Source of the DNA: Klebsiella phage Sugarland
Length of the DNA: 64,000 bases
Strand: one strand, 5' to 3'
Sequence record: NC_042093.1
A model generated the notes under the pieces. The model ran no database searches. It worked only from the letters and a program-made list of their open reading frames with translations, and was not told where the DNA came from. A program made the position numbers and the translations under genes. Below, piece by piece: positions 9,409 through 18,930 of the stretch (within the stretch, counting starts at the first letter, position 1; each line of letters begins with the position of its first letter).

Positions 9409-10241
9409 TGCGTAGATTGATTATCGTAAGTGGTGCTGGATTGAGTGCTGATAGCGGAGTGCCAACGTTCCGTAAGGGTGCCATCACTCCCCTGTGGGAT
9501 AAATACAAGCTAACCGAAGTATGCAACATTCAGGCATTCGATAAAGGGTTTCACTATCTGGACGACCCTATGCCTCCGTTAGAAGCCCTTTCTGAGGGAT
9601 CTGATGATGAGCCTAGTCGCAACCTGTACGAGCTAACCCATGAGTTCTACAACATGCGGCGGCAGGAGCTGGGTACGGTGGAGCCTAACATTGCTCACCT
9701 GAGAATTGCTGAGTGGTATGAGCGCTTCCCTGGTCAAGTCGTTAACTTTACTACTAACGTGGATGATCTGCTAGAGCGTGCTGGCATTCCCCATGATGAT
9801 GTGATCCATGCTCATGGCTACCTTACGGAGATAATGTATCGCCGAGGTAAGGATGTGATCGTGGAAGATATCGGGTATACTGCGGTTGATTACCGTAAGT
9901 ATGAGTGGGTTAAGCCTGCGATTACGTTCTTCGGGGAAACCGCTCCGTGGTATATGGGGCAGATCAACCTGTTTGATACCTTGACAACCCAGGATCTGGT
10001 AATCGTTGTTGGTGCCAGTAACCAAGTAATCGATTTTAATTGGGAGCTATTTCCGGCCCATAGTCGAGGTACTAAAGTGTGGGTAGTAAACAACGGTATT
10101 AACTACCTGGAGCAGAGTTTGTACGAAGAACGCGGGATCCCCGTTTGGTATGATACTGCTGCCAATGTATTTAGCAACAAACATTTCATAGGTCAAGTTG
10201 AGGCTTGGCTGGAGGAGAAAATTTATGTACCATCCCGATGA
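9408..10241 (+). CDS. Sir2-family (sirtuin-like) protein lacking the Zn-binding cysteines
   Basis: 277 aa. GAGLSADSGVPTFR, TTNVDDL, catalytic HAHG, FFGE and VVGAS motifs. No CxxC...CxxC zinc module. Confidence 0.75.
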   Translation: MRRLIIVSGAGLSADSGVPTFRKGAITPLWDKYKLTEVCNIQAFDKGFHYLDDPMPPLEALSEGSDDEPSRNLYELTHEFYNMRRQELGTVEPNIAHLRIAEWYERFPGQVVNFTTNVDDLLERAGIPHDDVIHAHGYLTEIMYRRGKDVIVEDIGYTAVDYRKYEWVKPAITFFGETAPWYMGQINLFDTLTTQDLVIVVGASNQVIDFNWELFPAHSRGTKVWVVNNGINYLEQSLYEERGIPVWYDTAANVFSNKHFIGQVEAWLEEKIYVPSR

Positions 10242-10389
10242 TATCCTGTTATGGCCCAACGGTAGTTGGTGTTATCGCAGTGATGTACAAGATATGAGTC
10301 ACCTATCGGACGACTATCAGGTTTTACGAGCGGACTCTGAGCAGTGGCACGAATTCATCCAAATGGGGGAAGAATATGCTGGTCAATGA
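10225..10389 (+). CDS. hypothetical small protein
   Basis: GGAGGAG RBS. Overlaps Sir2 end by 17 nt. Stop overlaps next start. Confidence 0.3.
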   Translation: MYHPDDILLWPNGSWCYRSDVQDMSHLSDDYQVLRADSEQWHEFIQMGEEYAGQ

Positions 10390-10777
10390 AAAGGTTGTTA
10401 ATCAAGGGGTTGGGCTAGTTCCCTGGGCTGAAATTCCTCTGGACGTAAAAGAGTCTCTTCTGGACCATCTTCGTGTGTGGTGCGATAATATGGAGGTCTA
10501 CTTCGATTATGACAACATGCACCTGGGGCTATGGGTTCCTATGGACGAAGATCAAGATGAAGTCCTAGACTGGGGCGATCTGACTGAGATGGGGCTGGTA
10601 TTTGCGCTAGGCTACGTGTGTCTGCTGCGTGAGTCCTATATCCCGGTTGGTGTTACAGGTGTTTCAGCAGGTATTTGGGTCGGACGTAATGAAGATTATT
10701 ATGCTCCGGAAAATATTAACGGTTGGATCCAGGTGCTGCGTCGCTTCGGTTTCCAAGTTGAAGGGTTAACTAAATGA
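10376..10777 (+). CDS. hypothetical protein, paralog A of tandem pair
   Basis: 133 aa. Shares W-EIP...L and DWxDLxxxGL motifs with 10774-11169. Confidence 0.5.
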   Translation: MLVNEKVVNQGVGLVPWAEIPLDVKESLLDHLRVWCDNMEVYFDYDNMHLGLWVPMDEDQDEVLDWGDLTEMGLVFALGYVCLLRESYIPVGVTGVSAGIWVGRNEDYYAPENINGWIQVLRRFGFQVEGLTK

Positions 10778-11169
10778 GTATTCCTAAAATGGAACGTATC
10801 TCCTGGGCGGATATCCCCAAGGAATTGATTGATGTAGCAGAGAATCTGCTGCGAGCCGCGTTGAGGGACGAGGAGCTTTGCTTCATCATCCAGCATGACG
10901 TGTGTGTAGGCTTGTCCAAAGGCAGTTTGGCCCAGGATTACGAGATCCTCTTTGATTGGGATGACCTCTCGGACTTGGGGCTAATGGTTCTGGTGAACAA
11001 CGTTGTGTTCCACCCCTCTAATTTTGCAGCATTCCGTGAACCGGGGGCAGGTATTTCTCCGGGGTTCTTGGTAGCTGACGAGCCTTGGACGTATGCTCCA
11101 GAGGTTCTTCGTGAGGGCAAACAAAATGCCTCTTCTAACTCGATTAATATTATGGGTTGGAATGCCTAG
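10774..11169 (+). CDS. hypothetical protein, paralog B of tandem pair
   Basis: 131 aa. ATGA overlap with upstream paralog. Confidence 0.5.
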   Translation: MSIPKMERISWADIPKELIDVAENLLRAALRDEELCFIIQHDVCVGLSKGSLAQDYEILFDWDDLSDLGLMVLVNNVVFHPSNFAAFREPGAGISPGFLVADEPWTYAPEVLREGKQNASSNSINIMGWNA

Positions 11170-11179
11170 TTGAACACTT

Positions 11180-11210
11180 AGACCAGGGGATTATCCTCTG
11201 GTCTTTTCTA
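11180..11210 (+). terminator. rho-independent terminator after Sir2 operon
   Basis: GACCAG...CTGGTC stem followed by TTTTCT. Confidence 0.5.
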
Positions 11211-11251
11211 TGCTTAAACCCAGTTACCTACCACGTATTTAAATATTTTAC

Positions 11252-11280
11252 TTGCAATCTCGCCACGATTTTTATATAAT
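11252..11280 (+). promoter_or_regulatory. sigma70-type promoter upstream of ~480-nt leader of origin-binding helicase gene
   Basis: TTGCAA, 17-nt spacer, TATAAT. Confidence 0.5.
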
Positions 11281-11767
11281 ATATTCATAGGTTGAGAGAA
11301 ATGATGTGAGTTACAAAACTGACATAATTCCTCTCATTCACTTCCGAGCATACAGAACAGTCCGGCTGCTACATGCTTGGTTGGGTTTGGCTTATTGGGA
11401 AATTGATTCCGAACGGAATTATAGATAATTGATCTAGAATGCGGGTAAGAGAGGTTGGCATCGCGAGGCTCTCAGATATTTGTTCGTTAGTCATGTGGAG
11501 CAAATAGCACCGCGGTCTGAAATGACCAAGAAGTGAAGCTGTAAGTAGCAACGTGCCTCTGCGCAATAGCGACGAATAGGGGTCAACCACATGGAGCTTA
11601 GCGGCGATTACATGCTGTGTGGGAGTTGTGCGAAGCGGCCAGTTCTAGCAATGAGGAAGTGACCACCCCTCCATCTATAAGGAAATTTGTTGAGTCAGTG
11701 GACTTTTAAGCTGTTCTATCCTTGATAGTTCGAGATCGCTTTATTCTTCAACATAGGAGAAAACGTA

Positions 11768-14557
11768 ATGTTTTCTATTCTAGAAGGACACGCGGGTTTT
11801 TCCCGCGATCCCGCTTCCGGCAACTGGAAGGAAGTGAAAACAACTGATTACCTTTTTGCGAAGGAGTTTTCTAACGAGCATCCAGAAGGTAAACCAGCCT
11901 CAATGCCCTACAAATTTAACGTAGTGGATACGGTTGACCCCAAAAATCTTAATGAAGCGTATGAGCTGATGGTTCAGCTCACTCAAGATCCACATCTCGT
12001 AGCAGTACGAGGTACATGCTTAGTTGCAGAGAAGGCCGTGCGTCGTAAACGTACTAACTTCAAAATCGACCATAAGAGCAATATTATTGCTATGGACGTC
12101 GATGGAATCTCTGATACCGGAGGATGCGGCAGGTTTGACATTGTGGGTATGGGACGTCATGTCATTAAGTTATTAAACAGCATCAGCGAGGACATGTTCC
12201 CGCTTAACGCAGGGTTTATTGCCCATGCGTCGTCTTCGGCTGGGATTAAGCCGGGGATTCGTATGCACATGCTATTAGAGAGTAATATTCCTGTTACTCA
12301 GGGTCAGTTAAAGTTTCTATTTACGTCCCTCAATGATAGCTCTCGGCAGAAGTATGGTTTTGATATTGCCGACTTAGCTTATTATTCATCTGTACAGCTA
12401 CACTATTTCGCTGACCCGATTTTTCGGGATCAGTTTACCGATCCGTTTAAAGCGGAGGGTAAGCCACGTCTGGTTAAAGTTAACGGTGCTAGGATTGAAC
12501 TGCCCAATACTATGCCAGATTATGAAGCCACTCGCGGGGAGTTTAAAGAAGAGTTTCTATCTCTGCTCAATCAGATTAAAGGAAAGCGTGTAGCCTCTGA
12601 AAAAGTGGAACAAACCATTGCAGAGCTGGAAGAAGCAGAGGATGGTGTTTATCTGCGTATTATTCCTAAACTGTACCACAGAGCGCTGGAGGACGGTGTT
12701 GATTTCGCCTGGCTTGAGAAAGAGATTACCTCAGCTCTGTCCGATTATATCAACACGAAGGACAACTCCCGTAGTCTTCAGGATTATTTTAATAACGGGC
12801 GTAAGCAGGCGTTAAAAGCGTTTGTGAACAACTCTATGCGAGATATTCCTGAGTCTAATGTTAAAGGCGTTCCTGTGCACAAGTTGACCTCTGATAGCCC
12901 CGATGGGATGAACTATTTGAAGATCAACCGTCCACCACCGGAAGGTCATTTAACATTTATCAAGGCTTCCCTAGGTACTGGTAAAACCACCGCAGTGACG
13001 AAGTGGCTAGAACGTGATCAGCTGAAAGGTAATTTCCTTGCAGTTACGAACACACGTGCCCTTGTTTCATCTAACGCCAAGAAGTTTGAAGCCGGACAGT
13101 ATGATAAGTCTGTAGATATGTTAAACTTCAAGCGCGGTGCCATTGATCGTATGTCTACTACTATTCACTCAATCCACAAGTTTAAAAACTTTGTTGGGCA
13201 GATCGATGTTATCTTTATCGATGAGTGCGATGCAGTCATGAATGATCTGTTATTCGCCCCAGTTGTTAAACAACGTCGTGAGTGTATCTCAGTTCTTCGT
13301 GAAATTCTGCTATCTGCAAAAGTAGTTATCCTGTCTGACGGGGATATCAGTGCAGAAACCATTGAGGCATATGGATCTCTCATAGATTTTGACAAGCCGG
13401 TCTCTTATTATAAACACCATCGTAAGATGCTCTCGGATGCTCAGGCGTATGAGTTCCCGGATGAATCCAGTATTTGGGTTGCTCTCCAAACGTCCCTAGA
13501 GATGGGGGAGAAATCTATTCTGGTATCCGACTGTGGGCCAGATGAGTTAAACGAGAAAGGCCTGACGCTAAGAAACAATACAGGTGCGATTGTTAAAGAG
13601 ATTCACTCAAACTCTACCTCTGATATAGATATTCGTCGTATTTTGGATTATACAACGAATGAGTTAATTGAGCAGCAGATTGATTGCCTGCTGTGTAGTC
13701 CGTCAGTAACGAGCGGCGTTGACTTCAACTACTTCGATAACGTGTTTGTTATCACTCGTACCGCTAACCAGGCGCCGAACATGCGCTTCCAGGCAATCAG
13801 GCGCGACCGAGGAGCTAAGAATATCTTCTATTTCATCGATAAGTCCACCAGCGGATTCTCTGCGGGTTCGGAGCAGTATAACATCGATGAGGGTTGGCTA
13901 GACTTAGCTCAGCAGCTGTATGTTAAACGTCGTGAACTAGAGTCCCGTAACTTTATCAGCACATTACGATACTATCTGCTAGATCAGGGGGCAACTATCG
14001 ATATCTTCAGTGAAAGCTGGGGCAAGATTGATAGCTCAGCCGCAGAGTATACTGCCGAGCGAGTTTCTGCTATTTTGAGCAGTACCCCAGATTGGTGTGC
14101 ACCCCGTCATGCGGATGCATACGAAGCCAAGCTAATGCTGGTCAAGTATTTCCACCTGGACTCTATCAAGAGTATCACACAGGAACATGCGGAGATGTGG
14201 ATTAGTAAGAAACCACACAAGCGGGCGGAGTTCTTCCATAAACTCCAAGATATATTCTGGAAGGATATTAAGAAGTGTTCTAACGTGACGATTAGTCCAT
14301 TTATCGAAGCCCTGAAGAAACACAAGAAGGACTTCTTTATTAGGACAGGACAGTCTGCCAACCCTAAATATGCCCGTATGTACCTAACCCAAATGGGTAT
14401 TAATAAGGAAATGGAAACGGAGCAGATCGTAGACTGGTATCGAACCTACTGCTCTATCGAGGGTATCTCTGTACCGTATGAGTTTATGACGGATGAGGAG
14501 AAGGCGCTGGCTGATGAAGCGCAAAACGAACTTGGAGTACGTAATGAGCAAGCGTGA
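11768..14557 (+). CDS. putative replication origin-binding protein / SF2 helicase (herpes UL9-like)
   Basis: 929 aa. Walker A LGTGKTT, DExD-like IDECD, helicase C-terminal motifs. Size matches the T5-type origin-binding protein. Confidence 0.7.
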   Translation: MFSILEGHAGFSRDPASGNWKEVKTTDYLFAKEFSNEHPEGKPASMPYKFNVVDTVDPKNLNEAYELMVQLTQDPHLVAVRGTCLVAEKAVRRKRTNFKIDHKSNIIAMDVDGISDTGGCGRFDIVGMGRHVIKLLNSISEDMFPLNAGFIAHASSSAGIKPGIRMHMLLESNIPVTQGQLKFLFTSLNDSSRQKYGFDIADLAYYSSVQLHYFADPIFRDQFTDPFKAEGKPRLVKVNGARIELPNTMPDYEATRGEFKEEFLSLLNQIKGKRVASEKVEQTIAELEEAEDGVYLRIIPKLYHRALEDGVDFAWLEKEITSALSDYINTKDNSRSLQDYFNNGRKQALKAFVNNSMRDIPESNVKGVPVHKLTSDSPDGMNYLKINRPPPEGHLTFIKASLGTGKTTAVTKWLERDQLKGNFLAVTNTRALVSSNAKKFEAGQYDKSVDMLNFKRGAIDRMSTTIHSIHKFKNFVGQIDVIFIDECDAVMNDLLFAPVVKQRRECISVLREILLSAKVVILSDGDISAETIEAYGSLIDFDKPVSYYKHHRKMLSDAQAYEFPDESSIWVALQTSLEMGEKSILVSDCGPDELNEKGLTLRNNTGAIVKEIHSNSTSDIDIRRILDYTTNELIEQQIDCLLCSPSVTSGVDFNYFDNVFVITRTANQAPNMRFQAIRRDRGAKNIFYFIDKSTSGFSAGSEQYNIDEGWLDLAQQLYVKRRELESRNFISTLRYYLLDQGATIDIFSESWGKIDSSAAEYTAERVSAILSSTPDWCAPRHADAYEAKLMLVKYFHLDSIKSITQEHAEMWISKKPHKRAEFFHKLQDIFWKDIKKCSNVTISPFIEALKKHKKDFFIRTGQSANPKYARMYLTQMGINKEMETEQIVDWYRTYCSIEGISVPYEFMTDEEKALADEAQNELGVRNEQA

Positions 14558-14828
14558 TGCCCGCTGGGAAACAAGGAAGTTTCCCAAACGCGATACGAAA
14601 GCACGGAAAGCTAAAGAGATAGAATTGTGTAGAGTAATACCTATTCGCTTAGCACAGATGCCAAATATCTATGATTGGCTAGAGGCTCAGCGAAAGACAC
14701 GCCTTTCTATACGCATCAACATGGAACTAAACATGGGGTATAAGAGTCTATCTGAATTCATGCACGTTACTTTTGACCCTACGTTCTATGAAAATCGCGA
14801 TTGCTTAGAAGCTAAATCTGTATTATAA
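14544..14828 (+). CDS. hypothetical protein
   Basis: ATG with GGAG RBS. The ORF-track start at 14493 would overlap the upstream gene by 65 nt. Confidence 0.4.
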   Translation: MSKRDARWETRKFPKRDTKARKAKEIELCRVIPIRLAQMPNIYDWLEAQRKTRLSIRINMELNMGYKSLSEFMHVTFDPTFYENRDCLEAKSVL

Positions 14829-14860
14829 TAGTTTCATAAATTCGAGAGAGGATAAAGAAC

Positions 14861-15556
14861 ATGGCAATCCGCAAAAAACTTCATGCGAATAGCATCCCGG
14901 ACGAAAAGTTTAAGGAAGCGATTCAGTGGCTAGAAGATGGCAAGACCAAGAAAGGCGCTTGCGAAATCCTCGGAGTAGCATCCAACTCCACGATGGAGCG
15001 TTTGATTGAGGAATGGAAAGATAACCAGCGTGTTTCTGCTGAAATGCGTAAAAAGAAACGTGGTACTAAAATCGAAGGGGCTGAGCTGGCCAACGTTATC
15101 GATTCGTATCTGTCCGGTGATAGTTTTGAGGCAATCGCCGAGCGTTTCTACCGTTCTGCAAATATGATCCGAATGGTTCTGTCTGCTCACGGTGCTCTGC
15201 TTCGTGTTAATGGTGAGGTTGACCCACTCTTTCCGCCTGCGATTCCAGAAGAATCAATGAAAGAGGTATTTGAAGTAGGCGAACACGTTTGGGTTCCAGG
15301 ATACCAGTGTATCGGCGAAGTTAAAAAAGCTCTGGACAATCCGGTAGGCGCATATCGTGTTTACCTGCTATCCGAAGCCCGTCAGCAGTATGTTAACTAC
15401 ATGTATTGGGATCTGGCGTCTGTTGAGCATCTGGTAGCACTTGGTGTTGATATCAAGTCTCTGGGATTCAAGTGGGGCAAAGAAGACGTAGCTGAACTGG
15501 TTAATAACGCTGTTAAAGCAGCCCTGAAATTAGAGAAGAGAGGTAAAGGTGAGTAA
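14861..15556 (+). CDS. hypothetical protein
   Basis: 231 aa. GAGAGG RBS. Good codon usage. Confidence 0.5.
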   Translation: MAIRKKLHANSIPDEKFKEAIQWLEDGKTKKGACEILGVASNSTMERLIEEWKDNQRVSAEMRKKKRGTKIEGAELANVIDSYLSGDSFEAIAERFYRSANMIRMVLSAHGALLRVNGEVDPLFPPAIPEESMKEVFEVGEHVWVPGYQCIGEVKKALDNPVGAYRVYLLSEARQQYVNYMYWDLASVEHLVALGVDIKSLGFKWGKEDVAELVNNAVKAALKLEKRGKGE

Positions 15557-15767
15557 ATATCAACTCTTGAACCTATTCCAGATTTATTCCGAAGGCGCTA
15601 CAGCTATCCGGGATCTGCATTATGCAGTTCCTATGGACGAAGCGGAAGATAATGGCTGGCTTACCAAATACGATCGTGGTTTGCTGAAGATGTATCGTTT
15701 GTCCCCCAATGGTTTGGTAGCTGTTAACCAAATCCTAGAAAATTCTGTTTGCTTTGCAGCTCAGTAA
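15549..15767 (+). CDS. hypothetical small protein (GTG start)
   Basis: GTG overlapping upstream stop, AGAGGT RBS. Confidence 0.35.
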   Translation: MSKYQLLNLFQIYSEGATAIRDLHYAVPMDEAEDNGWLTKYDRGLLKMYRLSPNGLVAVNQILENSVCFAAQ

Positions 15768-15796
15768 CTTGTTATAATATTCTCATAGTTTGAAAC
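15766..15796 (+). promoter_or_regulatory. extended -10 early promoter cassette TGtTATAATATTCTCATAGTTTGA
   Basis: TGtTATAAT at 15770-15778. A 22-nt stretch is identical to the cassette at 17409. Confidence 0.55.
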
Positions 15797-15841
15797 AAAA
15801 CTTAAAAACTCTTTTTAACAATAAATAAGGAAGTAATAAAT

Positions 15842-16246
15842 ATGTCTACTCCAACTCAATGGTCTCCTGAACTCGAAGCTGAACTGACTTCTGCCTACGT
15901 CGCCAAAATCGAACTCTTCCCGGAAGATGAGCGTCCTGGTGTCTCTATGGAGATCGTAGCTGAGATCGCTAAAGAACACGGTGTTTCCCCGAACGGCCTT
16001 CGTATGAAGCTGTCCAAAGCTGGCGTATACGTCAAGAAAGAAGCTGGTAAGTCTACCGCTAAAACTGGTGGTGATGCCCCTAAAGCTGGTGGCCGTACTT
16101 CTAAGTCTGATGCTCAGGCTGAACTGCGCGCTGCATTTAACGACGCTGGACTGGAAGATGGCTTCCTGGACGAATCGATCGTTGACAAACTGACCGGTAA
16201 AGCTGCCTCTCACCTGGCTGAAGCTATCCGTAAAATCACTAAATAA
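15842..16246 (+). CDS. highly codon-optimised protein with one copy of an IAxxxGxSxxGxRxKLSKxG HTH-like unit
   Basis: 134 aa. Strong host-optimal codons. The same unit occurs four times in the 19743-20501 product. Confidence 0.5.
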   Translation: MSTPTQWSPELEAELTSAYVAKIELFPEDERPGVSMEIVAEIAKEHGVSPNGLRMKLSKAGVYVKKEAGKSTAKTGGDAPKAGGRTSKSDAQAELRAAFNDAGLEDGFLDESIVDKLTGKAASHLAEAIRKITK

Positions 16247-16258
16247 GAGGGTATTGCA

Positions 16259-16555
16259 ATGAATAAAGCACAAGTCGTAGCTATCTGTGAGAAACACGGT
16301 GAGTTTTGCATGCAATACACCAAACTGCGTACCAAGGGGGTAACTTACCTCTACGGTACGACTGAGTTCGATCCTAAGCAAGATAAATACCTTGCCGAGC
16401 GAATCGTCCGTGAAGGCCTGGAACCCGCTGACAAAGATCATATCCTGGTCTTTAGCCGCTCTAGCGATAAATTCCGCTATATTCCGATTGCGAATATTAA
16501 GCGCATCACCAGCCTCAACCAAGAACTTGATCGAGCTACTCCAGTAGGTCGTTAA
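16259..16555 (+). CDS. hypothetical protein
   Basis: 98 aa. GAGGG RBS. Followed by a terminator. Confidence 0.5.
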   Translation: MNKAQVVAICEKHGEFCMQYTKLRTKGVTYLYGTTEFDPKQDKYLAERIVREGLEPADKDHILVFSRSSDKFRYIPIANIKRITSLNQELDRATPVGR

Positions 16556-16563
16556 GACGCAAT

Positions 16564-16590
16564 CAGCCCCTTCGGGGGCTTTTTGTTTAT
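16564..16590 (+). terminator. rho-independent terminator
   Basis: AGCCCC-TTCG-GGGGCT hairpin followed by TTTTTGTTT. Confidence 0.8.
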
Positions 16591-16605
16591 CTGAGAACAA
16601 TAAAA

Positions 16606-16908
16606 ATGAATCAAAACATTTGTCAGGATTACGAAGGACATTCGGAGGAACAATCCATTGTAGTATTTGAAGATCCAGGTAGGCAAATCCGTATGACGGT
16701 ATCCGAGTATCGAGGTAATTTATATCTAGGATTTAGGCTCTGGCTATTGGATATCCTAGATAATTGGTTTCCAACAAAATCCGGTTTTTCCTTTCCGTAT
16801 ACGCTAGAAACCACCTCATCTATGTTTCAAGCCTTTACGAAGATTTTAAGCAAGTCTGAGGTATTACATGAAGTGTACAAACACTCCCAAAACTCTGACG
16901 AGGGATGA
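16606..16908 (+). CDS. PC4-like ssDNA-binding protein candidate
   Basis: 100 aa. IRMTVSEYRGNLYLGFRLW resembles the PC4/YdbC beta-sheet core. T5 encodes a PC4-like protein at an equivalent place. Confidence 0.4.
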   Translation: MNQNICQDYEGHSEEQSIVVFEDPGRQIRMTVSEYRGNLYLGFRLWLLDILDNWFPTKSGFSFPYTLETTSSMFQAFTKILSKSEVLHEVYKHSQNSDEG

Positions 16909-17392
16909 AATCCTTCGTCATTTCACATACGTAGAGGCAGAAGGTAAACTGTACTACAATGCATTGGGAGAAGACCCTGCATACGATGCTAGAATGTCTG
17001 GTAAGGAGTGTGCGTCTATGGACAGCAAGGGATACATTCGAGCACATGTAAAGGGCGTAGCGTACCAAGTGCACAGAATTATCTTTTTCCTCCATAATAA
17101 CGAGTGGCCAGAAATAGTAGACCATAAAGACGGAGTGACGTGGAACAACTTTCATGAGAATCTGAGGAAAGCCACGTACTCCCAAAATGGCCAGAATGCA
17201 AAACTGGCTAGCAATAACACTAGCGGGGTAAAGGGCGTAACGTGGAACTCCTCCAAAAATAAATGGATGGCTCGATGCTCTGTAAATGGCACACGAAAAC
17301 ACGTAGGGTACTTTGACTCCATATCCTCAGCAGAAGAGGCACTTGATTTGTTCAGAAAAGAACATCATGGGGAGTTTGCGAGAAAAAAGTAA
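16868..17392 (+). CDS. free-standing HNH (HNH_3) homing endonuclease with AP2 domain
   Basis: 174 aa. VHRIIFF...DHKDGVTWNNFHENLRKATYSQN plus AP2-like GVTWNSSKNKWMARC. Its 5' end overlaps the upstream gene by 41 nt. Confidence 0.7.
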   Translation: MKCTNTPKTLTRDEILRHFTYVEAEGKLYYNALGEDPAYDARMSGKECASMDSKGYIRAHVKGVAYQVHRIIFFLHNNEWPEIVDHKDGVTWNNFHENLRKATYSQNGQNAKLASNNTSGVKGVTWNSSKNKWMARCSVNGTRKHVGYFDSISSAEEALDLFRKEHHGEFARKK

Positions 17393-17408
17393 TTGCTTAG
17401 TGTTTTAA

Positions 17409-17439
17409 ACCTTGATATAATATTCTCATAGTTTGAAGG
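17409..17439 (+). promoter_or_regulatory. extended -10 early promoter cassette TGaTATAATATTCTCATAGTTTGA
   Basis: TGaTATAAT at 17413-17421. Near-identical to 15766-15796. Confidence 0.55.
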
Positions 17440-17447
17440 AGATCTTT

Positions 17448-17630
17448 ATGAAAGATCATGAAATTGCTCAGTTAGTCAATAAGCTGACCGAAGCTGCTAA
17501 GACGTATGCTCATACGCAGCAATTAAGAGCACACATGTCTAGAATTGTCAACGAGGCTTTACGCCATGAAAAGAATAATTATCGATGCCTACAGTGCTCC
17601 TCCCCTGAAATTCCAGGCCATGACGCTTGA
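17448..17630 (+). CDS. hypothetical small protein
   Basis: AAGGAG RBS 8 nt upstream. Confidence 0.3.
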   Translation: MKDHEIAQLVNKLTEAAKTYAHTQQLRAHMSRIVNEALRHEKNNYRCLQCSSPEIPGHDA

Positions 17631-17829
17631 GTGGGTAGAGGATAAGCAAAAGAAAACCCTACCCGGTTATGTATTTATCGGGGCATGGATTGAAAACAAC
17701 GTGACACTATGCGAAATGCTTAGCCCTAAATCGCTAGGCAGAACGGTAACAACTTTCCAAGCACTATGCGAACATTTTAATTGGGAAGGAAAGACCAAGA
17801 AGCTGTGCGAACACTACGAGGTTAAATAA
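17545..17829 (+). CDS. hypothetical small protein
   Basis: Overlapping ORF. Stop overlaps the ligase start. Confidence 0.3.
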   Translation: MSTRLYAMKRIIIDAYSAPPLKFQAMTLEWVEDKQKKTLPGYVFIGAWIENNVTLCEMLSPKSLGRTVTTFQALCEHFNWEGKTKKLCEHYEVK

Positions 17830-18791
17830 TGCAACACGTTAAAGAATTTATCAAACTGTGCCAAGACGCGTACTACAAAGGTATGTCAATCATCTCTGAT
17901 GAAGAGTATGATGCCTTAATTCGTCGCTTTCCGCTAGAGGAAGAAATTGGCCCCAAAGGTGATGTACCTCATCTGTTCCGTATGTTTTCCTTGCAGAAAG
18001 TGTACCCAGGCCGCGGCGAAGAAGTACCCTTCCAGGGCATTGAAACGCCGAAGCTCGATGGCTGTGCTATTTCACTTCTGTATATTGACGGAAAGTTCGT
18101 TTCTGCGTTAACCCGCGGTAACGGCGTCTTAGGTAATGATGTAACTCATAATGTGAAGTTACTGAACATCCCTAAACGGATCTCCCAAAAGACTCCGGTG
18201 CAGATTACTGGTGAAGTACACATCACCAAAGAAGTTGAAAATATGCGTAACTTCGCCTCTGGTGCTATTAACCTGAAAGATTCTGGAGAGTTTCTCTCCC
18301 GTATTGCGGAAGGTGGCCTGATGTTTACGGCATATAGTATTCAGTGTGAAACCGGCAAAGTTGGCCTGACCGCTACTTTCTGTGGAGATATGCATATCCT
18401 TCAGGGTGATGGTTTTGTTACCTGTCTGGATATCTCCAGCCGGGTAGATTGGTTCCCAACGGACGGCGTGGTGGTTCGTATGGACGGCAACAACCAATTT
18501 AACGCAGCAGGTTGGACTAACAAGTTCCCGCGTGGTGCGTACGCCATCAAAGAAGATGATGAAGGCGAGGTTACTACGCTAGAGCGGGTAGAATGGCAAG
18601 TTGGGGCTTCTGGTAAGGTTACTCCTGTTGGATACTTCACCCCGGTAGTCATCGACGACGCTGTCATCTCAAAAGCTACCCTGAATAACGTTGGCTATAT
18701 CACTGCCCTTGACCTAGAAATCGGTTGCCAGATCCGCGTAATTCGTAGTGGTGGGGTCATCCCTCGCATCGTAGAACGTGTTTACGAGTAA
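17829..18791 (+). CDS. ligA: NAD-dependent DNA ligase, N-terminal half (adenylation + OB domains)
   Basis: 320 aa. KxDG adenylation motif (PKLDGCAIS), [12 protein letters not shown]. Stops before the Zn/HhH/BRCT part. Confidence 0.8.
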   Translation: MQHVKEFIKLCQDAYYKGMSIISDEEYDALIRRFPLEEEIGPKGDVPHLFRMFSLQKVYPGRGEEVPFQGIETPKLDGCAISLLYIDGKFVSALTRGNGVLGNDVTHNVKLLNIPKRISQKTPVQITGEVHITKEVENMRNFASGAINLKDSGEFLSRIAEGGLMFTAYSIQCETGKVGLTATFCGDMHILQGDGFVTCLDISSRVDWFPTDGVVVRMDGNNQFNAAGWTNKFPRGAYAIKEDDEGEVTTLERVEWQVGASGKVTPVGYFTPVVIDDAVISKATLNNVGYITALDLEIGCQIRVIRSGGVIPRIVERVYE

Positions 18792-18836
18792 CACTTGATT
18801 CAATAGATACACCGTGATGATTTTTTAAAGTAGTTA

Positions 18837-18865
18837 TTGACATTTTCATCGCCAGGGTGTATACT
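18837..18865 (+). promoter_or_regulatory. strong sigma70 promoter inside the ligase inter-half spacer
   Basis: TTGACA, 17-nt spacer, TATACT. Confidence 0.55.
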
Positions 18866-18930
18866 ATTATCATTCAGTTGAGGGAAAGAAATATTTGGTG
18901 AGAGACTGAGCTAAATTCTGAAAAATTTCG

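Noticed and set aside
11216-11767. tRNA genes in the long non-coding leader
   Set aside because: No cloverleaf with a GTTCRANYC T-loop and 7-bp acceptor stem could be built by eye. The T5 tRNA cluster lies elsewhere in T5-like genomes.
15815-16600. 261-aa minus-strand ORF
   Set aside because: Antisense to two well-supported, codon-optimised plus-strand genes and a terminator. Composition is typical of shadow ORFs.
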